Source of the DNA: Gemmatimonadota bacterium
GTDB taxonomy: Bacteria; JBHIER01; G020348925
Direction of reading: 5' to 3'
Length of the DNA stretch: 64,000 bases
NCBI GenBank assembly: GCA_020348925.1
Contig: CP070758.1
Span: forward strand, 3,673,688 to 3,737,687
Shown here: one piece after another, positions 29,580 through 38,189 of the stretch
How positions within the stretch are numbered: position 1 is the stretch's first letter
Layout: each line of letters starts with the position of its first letter
Program-made: the position numbers and the translations under genes
The notes under the pieces: model-generated
What the model saw: the letters and a program-made list of their open reading frames with translations, nothing else
What the model was told of the DNA's origin: nothing
Database searches by the model: none

Positions 29580-30799
29580 TGGAGGAGATCGCCGTTCGTA
29601 CTGGAGACTTTCAATCGTGGGCCAGGGAAAAGGTCTTCATGAGCAAGACCTTTGCTCAATATATGAAATCACTTTTCACCCCATTCAACCTTATCACTGG
29701 ACTGATCCTTCTCTTCGGACTTTCTCTCATTGTACTTCGATACATCCAGGGTCTGACGGTTGTCATGCATCCTTCCAATACGTATCCGTGGGGACTGTTT
29801 ATCGGTTTCGGACTCCTTTGCGTTGTTCCCCTTGCAGCTCCGGGATTTGTTATGGCCTCGGCCGTATATCTGTTTGGTCTCAGAGAATACCGTCCCCTCC
29901 TCAGACCCGCTGTTCTTATAGGTCTATTGGGCTATATTTCCGCCGTCGTCTTTCTTCTTATTGACCTGGGTCGTCCGTGGCGACTTCCTTATCCCATGCT
30001 GGTCTCTTACGGTACCGCCTCGATTCTTTTCTTCGTGTCCTGGTCGGTGGCATCACATGTGTTTCTCTATTTGATCGAGTTCTTTCCGGCCATTTTGGGG
30101 TGGCTTGGTGAGACTCGTTTCCGTCGCTGGATTTCGAAGTTGACTGTCGGTGCTGCCATGTTGGTCGTCATGTTGTCGACACTCCATCAGTCTGGTCTGG
30201 GAGCTCTCTTTCTCCTCATGCCGGGAAAAGTACATCCCCTCTGGTACTCGCCCTATCTTCCCGTGTTCTTCTTCATCTCCTCCATCTTCGCCGGACTTTC
30301 CATGGTTATCCTTGTGAGCACACTCTCTGCGAAACTACTTCGCGACAGAGCCGATGTGAGCTTCCTGGCAAACTTGGACAACCTCACTCTCGGGCTCGGG
30401 AAAGCTGCATCTGTTGTGCTCTTCACCTATTTCGCGATGAAGGTTGTCGGGATTGCCCATGGAAGCCATTGGAACTTCCTGAGCACACCATATGGTCTCT
30501 GGTTTCTTTTCGAGATGGTCTTGTTCGTACTTCTCCCCTGTTTTCTCTTCGCATCTGGCTTCAGAAACAGAAATGTCGCTCTTATACGATTTTCGTCCGT
30601 AATAACCATCGTGGGCCTCATCCTTAACCGGCTAAACGTTTCTATCATCACATTTAATTGGACTCTTCATCATCGTGAGTACCCCAAATGGACGGAATAC
30701 GTTATTGCCGTAACCATTATTACTATAGGAGTTCTCGTTTACAGATGGATTGTGAACCGAATGGCCGTACTCAGAGAATATGGGGGTGAAGAACATTAG
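29579..30799 (+). CDS. NrfD/PsrC-family membrane subunit, HmcC/HybB-like
   Basis: Many TM helices; PWGL, DLGRPWRL, LSTLHQSGLG, HPLWYS, NRLNV; TAATG coupling to upstream gene. Confidence 0.9.
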   Translation: MEEIAVRTGDFQSWAREKVFMSKTFAQYMKSLFTPFNLITGLILLFGLSLIVLRYIQGLTVVMHPSNTYPWGLFIGFGLLCVVPLAAPGFVMASAVYLFGLREYRPLLRPAVLIGLLGYISAVVFLLIDLGRPWRLPYPMLVSYGTASILFFVSWSVASHVFLYLIEFFPAILGWLGETRFRRWISKLTVGAAMLVVMLSTLHQSGLGALFLLMPGKVHPLWYSPYLPVFFFISSIFAGLSMVILVSTLSAKLLRDRADVSFLANLDNLTLGLGKAASVVLFTYFAMKVVGIAHGSHWNFLSTPYGLWFLFEMVLFVLLPCFLFASGFRNRNVALIRFSSVITIVGLILNRLNVSIITFNWTLHHREYPKWTEYVIAVTIITIGVLVYRWIVNRMAVLREYGGEEH

Positions 30800-31083
30800 A
30801 GAAAGGAGGATTATACCTACTAAAATGTGGAGTATACAATTCGCTCACTCATGACCAAAGATGTTCTCATTGGGATTCTCATGTTATGTAATTCTCTTGA
30901 TGAAAGCCCATAGTCAGGAAGGCAGAATGAGTCCATTACCTCTTATTACAATCCATGATGATTGCTCTCCGTTGAAAAGGGCCGCTGATGGAGTTAGTAT
31001 GTTTTTACGGTTTAAGCCGGCGCAGTTTTTTGGAGGGCTGCCCCTGAAAACTACTCACACAATACCTAAGGAGGATATGCATT

Positions 31084-31779
31084 ATGAATACCCTGTTAGA
31101 TTATATGACTCGGACGTTGGGAATTGAGTACCTCATAGCAGTCGTGTTCATTGTCGGATTCGTCCTGTATTGGCGTTTCCTGACGGGTCCGGAGCAGATG
31201 AGAGTGAGAGAGGTCATAAGAAGGATCAGAGATGTCGTTGGTGGATTTGTGCTCCCGGATCACGTCTTCTATCACCAGGGTCATGCCTGGGCAAGAATAG
31301 ACGACAAGAACGTGGCCACCATCGGACTGGACGATTTTGCTCAGAAACTTGTGGGTAAAATCGATGCCGTTCACATGCCGGGCGTCGGTTCCCCACTCAG
31401 ACAGGGGGAGAAGGGATGGTCCTTGGAGGTCAATTCGCGACCAATCGACATGCTTTCGCCGGTAGACGGAGAAATCCTTTCGGTGAATGAAGAACTCATC
31501 AATTCACCCGAAACAGTTAATACTGATCCCTATGGTAAAGGCTGGTTGATGAAGGTTCGTGCACCGAGGATTTCAGCGAATGTCAAAAGTCTCCTGTCTG
31601 GTGATCTTGCCAAAAGGTGGATAGAAGAGGCGAGAGAAAATCTCCTGTCCAGGGGCAATTATGAGCTTGGCCTCATGTATCAAGATGGAGGTTTGCCCGT
31701 TGATGGTATGGCGAGAAACTTAGATCCAGAGAGATGGGATACAATAGCGAAGGAATTTTTTCTCATCACCGAAGAATGA
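31084..31779 (+). CDS. Membrane-anchored GcvH-like protein with HmcD-like N-terminus, no lipoyl lysine
   Basis: TM segment EYLIAVVFIVGFVLYWRFL; YHQGHAWA, IGLDDFA, SPVDGEI..VN, DPYGKGW; lipoyl hairpin reads EVNSR. Confidence 0.85.
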   Translation: MNTLLDYMTRTLGIEYLIAVVFIVGFVLYWRFLTGPEQMRVREVIRRIRDVVGGFVLPDHVFYHQGHAWARIDDKNVATIGLDDFAQKLVGKIDAVHMPGVGSPLRQGEKGWSLEVNSRPIDMLSPVDGEILSVNEELINSPETVNTDPYGKGWLMKVRAPRISANVKSLLSGDLAKRWIEEARENLLSRGNYELGLMYQDGGLPVDGMARNLDPERWDTIAKEFFLITEE

Positions 31780-31855
31780 GAAATAGGTGCGTTGCGCCTT
31801 ATTGACGAAGATTACATTTCTTTTCTTCTTTTAGGTTGAAGGAGACGATGATATT

Positions 31856-32707
31856 GTGAAAAAAGAAAAGGGACGAAAAGAGCGAAAAGGGCGTCTCATC
31901 CCCGAAGGGGAATTGAAGTGTGTCTGGATGGAAGCCGGGGTCGTCTCGTACAAGTTGTGCGATTACGAGTATGAGTGCGAGAGATGTCCCTTTGATCAGG
32001 TTCTGAAAAAGAGAGCAAAAGCATCTGTTTCTCAAAACACACTTTCGGGGAGACACTCAGGCTTACAAAGGATATCGACAGAAAAGGAGGCTGCGAAAAA
32101 TCCACCGGTGGTTAACGAAACCATAAATTTTGACAAGATCTTTCAAGAATTTTACGACATAGAATTTCAAGAGGGTTTATTCTATCACCCCGGACATACC
32201 TGGGTCGATATCGAAAATCCTAACATCGTGAAGATAGGCCTTGACGGTTTTGCTGGGAAATTTCTTCTCGGAATAAAGATGGCCATTCTACCAACAGTGA
32301 GGAATAGAACGGACCGTGGGCAGGTTTGTTGTTGGATTGTTGAAGAGGAGGGAACGCTGCCCATTATTGCTCCACTTACCGGGGCCGTGATTGCCATCAA
32401 CCACCGACTCTCCAGGGAACCAACTCTCATTAACAGAAATCCCTATGAACAGGGTTGGCTCATGAAAATAGAACCTGAAGACTTGCACCGCGACCTTCAA
32501 TACCTCTCTCGTGAACATGAGATACCTCCTCACCATAAAATGGAACTGGAGACATTGAGAACAACACTTGAATCTCACTTGAGAGGAAACTGGAAGCATG
32601 TGGGGCCGACACTGTGTGACGGCGGAAGAATGCTCGATCATATCCGGGATATGATCGGTCCGAAAAGATATTTCGAAATCGTAAGCACCTTTTTCAAGAT
32701 AAAGTAA
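31856..32707 (+). CDS. GcvH-like protein with N-terminal four-Cys domain, no lipoyl lysine
   Basis: CVWMEAGVVSYKLCDYEYECERCPFD; YHPGHTWV, IGLDGFA, APLTGAVIAIN, NPYEQGW; hairpin reads VEEEG. Confidence 0.85.
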   Translation: MKKEKGRKERKGRLIPEGELKCVWMEAGVVSYKLCDYEYECERCPFDQVLKKRAKASVSQNTLSGRHSGLQRISTEKEAAKNPPVVNETINFDKIFQEFYDIEFQEGLFYHPGHTWVDIENPNIVKIGLDGFAGKFLLGIKMAILPTVRNRTDRGQVCCWIVEEEGTLPIIAPLTGAVIAINHRLSREPTLINRNPYEQGWLMKIEPEDLHRDLQYLSREHEIPPHHKMELETLRTTLESHLRGNWKHVGPTLCDGGRMLDHIRDMIGPKRYFEIVSTFFKIK

Positions 32708-32779
32708 GCGGTTTTCAAGCAATCTTCTGTGATCTGAGACACTGGCGAGTGAAACCCCATATAACTAAAATATACAAGT

Positions 32780-32831
32780 ATCCCCTCATTGCACGAGTTC
32801 GTGAGAATCTGAAGCTGAGGGGATCTTTTTT
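32780..32831 (+). terminator. Possible intrinsic terminator
   Basis: ATCCCCTCA...TGAGGGGAT followed by CTTTTTT; long loop. Confidence 0.45.
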
Positions 32832-32933
32832 GCATAATAACGAAAAAATTTCGTTTTTGATTTTAACGTCAGTTTTATATATTAGTATCTGATCGATCGC
32901 ACTCTGACAATCTTTTCACGGCGCAGGAGAACG

Positions 32934-34493
32934 ATGAAATTCACAAGATTACTCAGTTTCCGACTTGTCTGCCTTATGCTAACAGTTATGATCGTCTTTT
33001 TCGGACTCTATACGTATATCAATATTCACGTTCATACCTCCCACCTCATGGAAAACGTACACCTCTCCGCCAACCGGGTCAGTGACGTGATCAAAAGATC
33101 GACCCATTACAGCATGCTCTTGAATCGCAGGGATGACCTGTACCACACAATCCAAACCCTCGGTGACGAACCCGGAATGGACGGGATCAGAATTTACAAC
33201 AAACGGGGTGAAATCATGTTTTCCACCACCCCGGGTGAGGACGGAACAAGTGTCGATCTCCAGGCTGAAGCCTGCTACGTGTGTCACGCCGAGGAGAAAC
33301 CCCTGGAAGCTTTACCCATCACAAAACGCTCCCGAATCTTTTCCTCGCCTCAGGGCCATCGCGTCATGGGCGTCATAAATCCCATCATGAACGAGCCCGG
33401 TTGTTACAACGCCGAATGCCATGCTCATCCCTCCACGCAAGCAGTTCTCGGCGTTCTGGATGTGAAAATGTCCTTGGCTCAGGTGGATACAAGAGTGGCC
33501 GAAAGCAGAACACGAATGATCTCGTATGCGGTTCTCCTGATTGTGATAGTCACCATACTCTCGGCAGGATTCATCTTTTTTATGGTCCACTCTCCTGTGA
33601 AAAAACTCATAGCAGGCACTCAGGAGATTTCCAGCGGCAATCTGAACCATGAAATAGACATCCAATCGTCCGATGAGATAGGTCATCTCGCCCAGTCTTT
33701 CAATCTCATGACGCGCAACCTCTCCAAAGCGCAGGATCACTTGTGTCAGATGGAAAAGATGGCTTCCGTCGGAAAGCTTTCCGCCACAGTCGCTCATGAG
33801 ATCAACAATCCTCTGGCAGGAGTGCTCACCTATACGAAACTCGTCATGAGAATGCTCAAAAAGGAGCGTGTAACATCCGAGGAAAAAAAGTCGGTGGAGA
33901 AGTATCTGACGTTTATTAAAAGCGAAACAGCGCGCTGCGGTGATATTGTTAAGAATTTGCTCCTCTTTTCCAAGAGAACCGGGGGCGATTTCCGGCATGA
34001 GAGTCTCGACACGATCATAGAGAAGAGCCTCCAGTTGGTGAATCACCACCTGGAAATTCAGGGGATCACTCTGGAGAAAGTTCTATGTGAGGAGGACGAC
34101 ATCATTTTCTGCGACGCCAACCAGTTACAACAGGCCTTCATTGCCCTCTTCGTCAACAGTGTCGAGGCCATGCCCAAGGGTGGGACCTTGAAGGTAAAAA
34201 CCGACTGTAAGAAAGGCGATGATACCGTCCGCATTGCCATTTCGGATTCAGGCCACGGAATTCCCGAGGAGGTGAGGCCGAATATCTTTGATCCCTTTTT
34301 CTCAACCAAAAAGGACGAGAAACGGATCGGACTCGGTTTGTCTGTCGTCTACGGAATCATACAGCGACATGGCGGCGCAATTGACGTTCAATCGGAACCT
34401 GACAAGGGAACGATCTTCACTATCACGCTGCCCAGACAAGAACCTGAAAAGGACGAGAAACGCGTTGAATTAATAGAAGAAGCTGTCGCTTAG
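32934..34493 (+). CDS. Sensor histidine kinase with periplasmic c-type heme motifs and HAMP domain
   Basis: Two TM helices flanking CYVCH and CYNAECH; DEIGHLAQSFN; AHEINNPL; DSGHG, FDPFFSTK, GLGLS. Confidence 0.93.
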   Translation: MKFTRLLSFRLVCLMLTVMIVFFGLYTYINIHVHTSHLMENVHLSANRVSDVIKRSTHYSMLLNRRDDLYHTIQTLGDEPGMDGIRIYNKRGEIMFSTTPGEDGTSVDLQAEACYVCHAEEKPLEALPITKRSRIFSSPQGHRVMGVINPIMNEPGCYNAECHAHPSTQAVLGVLDVKMSLAQVDTRVAESRTRMISYAVLLIVIVTILSAGFIFFMVHSPVKKLIAGTQEISSGNLNHEIDIQSSDEIGHLAQSFNLMTRNLSKAQDHLCQMEKMASVGKLSATVAHEINNPLAGVLTYTKLVMRMLKKERVTSEEKKSVEKYLTFIKSETARCGDIVKNLLLFSKRTGGDFRHESLDTIIEKSLQLVNHHLEIQGITLEKVLCEEDDIIFCDANQLQQAFIALFVNSVEAMPKGGTLKVKTDCKKGDDTVRIAISDSGHGIPEEVRPNIFDPFFSTKKDEKRIGLGLSVVYGIIQRHGGAIDVQSEPDKGTIFTITLPRQEPEKDEKRVELIEEAVA

Positions 34494-34509
34494 GGAGTAA
34501 GAAACGGTC

Positions 34510-35853
34510 ATGGAAAATATAGATGTCGGGATCCTGGTTGTGGACGACGAGCTCGTTGTGAGAGACTCGCTGTACAATTGGTTCAAAGAGGACGGCTACC
34601 GGGTGGACACGGCCGAAGACGCCAAAATGGCTTTGAAAAAGCTGCAGGAGAGCTCCTGGGATATCGTGCTCCTGGATATCAAAATGCCTGGTATGGACGG
34701 CATGGAACTCCAGAAGAGAATCAAAGAGATCGACGCCAATATGATTGTGATCATGATTACGGCCTACGCCTCTGTGGACACGGCCGTGCAGGCACTCAAG
34801 GAGGGCGCCTTCGATTACATCACCAAGCCCTTTGATCCGGACGACATGGGCCACCTCATCAGAAATGCCGTTGCCCAGCGAAAACTGACAGAGGAGAACA
34901 TCCAACTCCGCCAAAAAATTGACGAGTTGTCCAAATTCGATGAAATCATCGGCGACAGCCCAGCCATGAAACGGGTCTTTGAGCTGGTCGAAACGGTCGC
35001 GCAATCCGACGCCACTGTCGTCATTCACGGTGAGAGCGGGACCGGCAAGGAACTTGTGGCCCGGGCCGTTCACAGCAACAGCCCGCGCCGCTATTTTCCC
35101 ATCATCCCTGTCAACTGTGGAGCTCTGCCAGAGGGGATACTCGAGAGTGAGATTTTCGGACACGAGAAGGGAGCCTTCACAGGCGCCCAATACCGGCGCA
35201 AAGGGAAACTTGAGATGGCCGACGGAGGCACCCTCTTCCTGGATGAGATCAGCAGTATCGGTACAAAGACGCAGATGGATCTGTTGCGGGCGCTGGAGAC
35301 GAAGCAGTTCACACGTCTGGGCGGAACCAAGGAGATCACTGTCGATTTCAGGATTATATGTGCTACGAACCAGAACCTTGAAAAGATGGTCGAGGAGGGA
35401 ACCTTTCGAGAGGACCTCTATTATCGCATCAATGTCTTCTCCATCTACCTCCCCCCTCTGCGGGAGCGGCGTTCGGACATCCCGCTCCTGGCGAACCACT
35501 TCGCCCAGAAATATGCCTTGGCGATGAACAAAAAAATCACCCAGATCTCACCCGGGGCTTTGGATCTATTGGTTCAGCACGACTGGCCGGGCAATGTCAG
35601 AGAATTGGAGAACGCCATTGAGCGGGCCATGGTTGTCGGCAAACCGCCCCGTATTATGGCAGAGGATCTTCCCTTTCAGCTCAGTGCGAAGAAAACGGAT
35701 CTGACGTCCGATTCCCTGGAGGAAATCGAAAAAACTCATATACAGCATATTTTGGAGCGCATGGAGTGGAACATCACACGCTCTGCCGAGGTCCTCAAAA
35801 TCGATCGTGTCACCCTCTACAACAAAATTAAAAAATACGGCCTGAAAAGATAA
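34510..35853 (+). CDS. Sigma54-dependent NtrC/AtoC-family response regulator
   Basis: VVDDE, LLDIKMP, GESGTGKE, GAFTGA, FREDLYYR, WPGNVREL, Fis-type HTH. Confidence 0.96.
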   Translation: MENIDVGILVVDDELVVRDSLYNWFKEDGYRVDTAEDAKMALKKLQESSWDIVLLDIKMPGMDGMELQKRIKEIDANMIVIMITAYASVDTAVQALKEGAFDYITKPFDPDDMGHLIRNAVAQRKLTEENIQLRQKIDELSKFDEIIGDSPAMKRVFELVETVAQSDATVVIHGESGTGKELVARAVHSNSPRRYFPIIPVNCGALPEGILESEIFGHEKGAFTGAQYRRKGKLEMADGGTLFLDEISSIGTKTQMDLLRALETKQFTRLGGTKEITVDFRIICATNQNLEKMVEEGTFREDLYYRINVFSIYLPPLRERRSDIPLLANHFAQKYALAMNKKITQISPGALDLLVQHDWPGNVRELENAIERAMVVGKPPRIMAEDLPFQLSAKKTDLTSDSLEEIEKTHIQHILERMEWNITRSAEVLKIDRVTLYNKIKKYGLKR

Positions 35854-35858
35854 CGTGA

Positions 35859-36404
35859 ATGGCTTTCATCTGTGTTGTTCCTGTACATCTGCCACAAGAA
35901 TCCCTCCTCATCCCTCTTCTGGAACACATCTCATCATCCTTCCATCGAGAAACACGAATCGTTTTTCTCCCCATCGATCCCTCTTTCGCTTACGACCACT
36001 CCAGGAAACAGCATAACTCTTCCCTGCTCCTGGCCAAGCTGGTGGATATCAAGCCAAAGGACGCTCTCAGGATAGTGGGCGTCACCGATCTCGACCTCTT
36101 CATTCCTATCCTCACCTTCGTTTTCGGCGAAGCCCAGCTCAGCGGTCCTGCCTCCATCGTCTCAACGCAGAGGCTGAGAAACGAATTTTACGGTCTCCCA
36201 AAAAACGACGGACTGTTGCAGCAACGTTTGGAGAAAGAAGCGATCCACGAGCTCGGCCACACCTTCGGCCTCGTCCATTGCCGGAATGATCTGTGCGTGA
36301 TGAGACCCTCAACCTACGTCGAGAACATCGATCTGAAGCCACCGCAACTGTGTTACTCCTGCCTGAAAACCATCGACGAAAAATTGAAGGCCATTCCCCC
36401 CTAA
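35859..36404 (+). CDS. Archaemetzincin-family Zn metalloprotease
   Basis: FVFGEA, HELGHTFGLVHC, CVM, LCYSC. Confidence 0.92.
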   Translation: MAFICVVPVHLPQESLLIPLLEHISSSFHRETRIVFLPIDPSFAYDHSRKQHNSSLLLAKLVDIKPKDALRIVGVTDLDLFIPILTFVFGEAQLSGPASIVSTQRLRNEFYGLPKNDGLLQQRLEKEAIHELGHTFGLVHCRNDLCVMRPSTYVENIDLKPPQLCYSCLKTIDEKLKAIPP

Positions 36405-36505
36405 TCTTTCCGCTCCGAACACCCCTCAAAAATGAAGCGGACTGAAAATCGTAAAGTGCCGGCGTGACATTCTGGGAAGTGAGCCCCCCGAGGGAGAACC
36501 CGAAA

Positions 36506-36623
36506 TGGCGGAAAATGCGAGGGGAGTGTCGTATTTTCCGACAATCGTATAACTCATGAATATAGTAGAAACATACGGCACTTTACGGATATACAACAAA
36601 TTCTATTGTCGGAAAATCCTACG
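36506..36623. promoter_or_regulatory. Array of candidate enhancer-binding-protein sites
   Basis: TGTCG-N7-CGACA (TGT-N11-ACA) at 36527-36543; related 17-mers at 36506 and 36607. Confidence 0.6.
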
Positions 36624-36732
36624 TTTTAATGCTGTTTTCTTCCACTCCAAGACCCACCGTTTTTTTTATTCATCATTCATAATTTATAAATAAACATAGT
36701 CTTAGATTGCAAAGATTTTCGAAGCACGAATT

Positions 36733-36750
36733 CCGGCACACTTCTTGCAA
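36733..36750 (+). promoter_or_regulatory. Sigma54 (-24/-12) promoter
   Basis: CCGGCACACTTCTTGCAA, GG-N10-GC, after an AT-rich spacer and enhancer-like sites. Confidence 0.72.
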
Positions 36751-37200
36751 TTTTATATACCTGACAAGTTTTCAATCAAGGGCACGGTTCAATGAAAAAT
36801 GCACCGGTTTTCACACCCGATGAACTTCGTACAGCGACAAGAAGCAGCGACTCACGTGAACAGGGATTTTCGGATATTAATTTCTCAGAGAATGTCGAAG
36901 AAGGCACTCACTTTTTTCAATCTTTTTAGAAAATCATTCATTGCACGCAATCGAAAAGTGAGTGCCGTGTATTTTTCTTTTCATCGGAGGAATGGGAGAA
37001 TTCTCCTTAAAAAGATTTGAATGGGGGCAGGGGATTCTCCCGTTCCCCACTGAAGAAGTAGAGGGAACATAAAGCGGAGTTAAGTTCAACCTGGGGCAGT
37101 ATGTAATAATTTCTTCCCGCCTCATGGTTCATTCTCTATGATTAGGAACATTTCTCGAAGGGAGAGATGGTTTGCTGCTATCGTATCCGTCGGGTCACAG

Positions 37201-37248
37201 AACGCCTTCTTTCCGCTCGTTTGAAAAAACGAGGAAGGGGCGTTTTTT
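37201..37248 (+). terminator. Intrinsic terminator
   Basis: AACGCC/GGCGTT outer stem, CTCGTTT-GAAA-AAACGAG inner stem, T6 tail. Confidence 0.65.
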
Positions 37249-37358
37249 CACTGTAGGGGTTCGAGGATTCGAGGAGCCTGTTGTCTCCCCTATTATCGTC
37301 CCCCATATCAAGGGGGGACAACAGGAGGGTGTTAAGAACAGGAGAGACATAACAGAGA

Positions 37359-37768
37359 GAAGATTAAAGATCAAAGATGTGACCCCAAATTATGAAGCTT
37401 GAGCCGCAGATGGTCCCGGCGAAGGCTTTGGGTTGGACTTTCTTTTTGCTTCTTCCACCTTTCGGAAATTGTCAATATTTCCGAAAGGTACATCAGGTGG
37501 TTCGGAGGAAAGGATGCACTTTCCTCCGAGGGGTAACAGGATTTCGATGCGAGCTGGCGGAGCATAGAAATCCGCCATAGGGGCGAGAGCCCCTTGGAAG
37601 TGTTGAGCAAAGCGAACACACTTCTTCTTGGCCAGCAAAGAAAAAGAATGGGATTCATATCAACTTAGGGACGTTACCATCAAAAAACTGGGAGGGAAGA
37701 TTAAACTTTAAAGATGCGACCCCAATAGCCTTTTACTAGCAAAGAAAAAGAAGGGCTTTCATATCAAC
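37359..37768. repeat. Composite direct-repeat and multi-hairpin element at contig end
   Basis: Repeat A at 37359-37388 and 37696-37725 (26/30); repeat B at 37634-37664 and 37738-37768 (28/31); five hairpins at 37457-37624. Confidence 0.7.
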
Positions 37769-37868
37769 NNNNNNNNNNNNNNNNNNNNNNNNNNNNNNNN
37801 NNNNNNNNNNNNNNNNNNNNNNNNNNNNNNNNNNNNNNNNNNNNNNNNNNNNNNNNNNNNNNNNNNNN
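37769..37868. other. 100-N assembly spacer
   Basis: Run of exactly 100 N. Confidence 0.99.
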
Positions 37869-38171
37869 AGGCACACACACGGACCGAATTTTGAGACCGA
37901 TATTTCTCTCCTCCAGAAAACGCATGACACCATCCGCAGCGGCCAACCCGAAAGCGCTTCCTCCGGTCAAAAGCACGGCATGAACTTGCTGAACGTGATG
38001 GATGGGGTCAAGGCAGTCCGTTTCCCGAGTACCCGGAGCAGAACCTCGCACATCAACGCCGGCCACCGCCCCATTGTCACAGAGTATGACAGTGCAGCCG
38101 GTCAGGGCTTTCTCATGTGTGGCGTGACCGATCTTTATGCCTGAGACGTCAATAATTGAAGAGCTCGTCAT
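37869..38171 (-). CDS. P1-family (DmpA-like) peptidase; truncated by gap
   Basis: TGCTVIL, VDVRGSAPGTRETD, LTGGSAFGL. Confidence 0.9.
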
Positions 38172-38189
38172 AGCGGAGGCGGATTCTTT

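Noticed and set aside
30861-31127. 88-aa ORF between the NrfD and GcvH-like genes
   Set aside because: No motif and overlaps the better-supported start at 31084
31084-32707. Glycine cleavage system or sHdr-type LbpA
   Set aside because: Lipoyl lysine absent in both proteins and no partner genes nearby
37500-37530. RNase P RNA (GAGGAAAG)
   Set aside because: Not followed by TCC and no matching 3' conserved segment
37634-37768. CRISPR array
   Set aside because: Only two imperfect copies with a 73-bp spacer that itself contains another repeat; no cas genes
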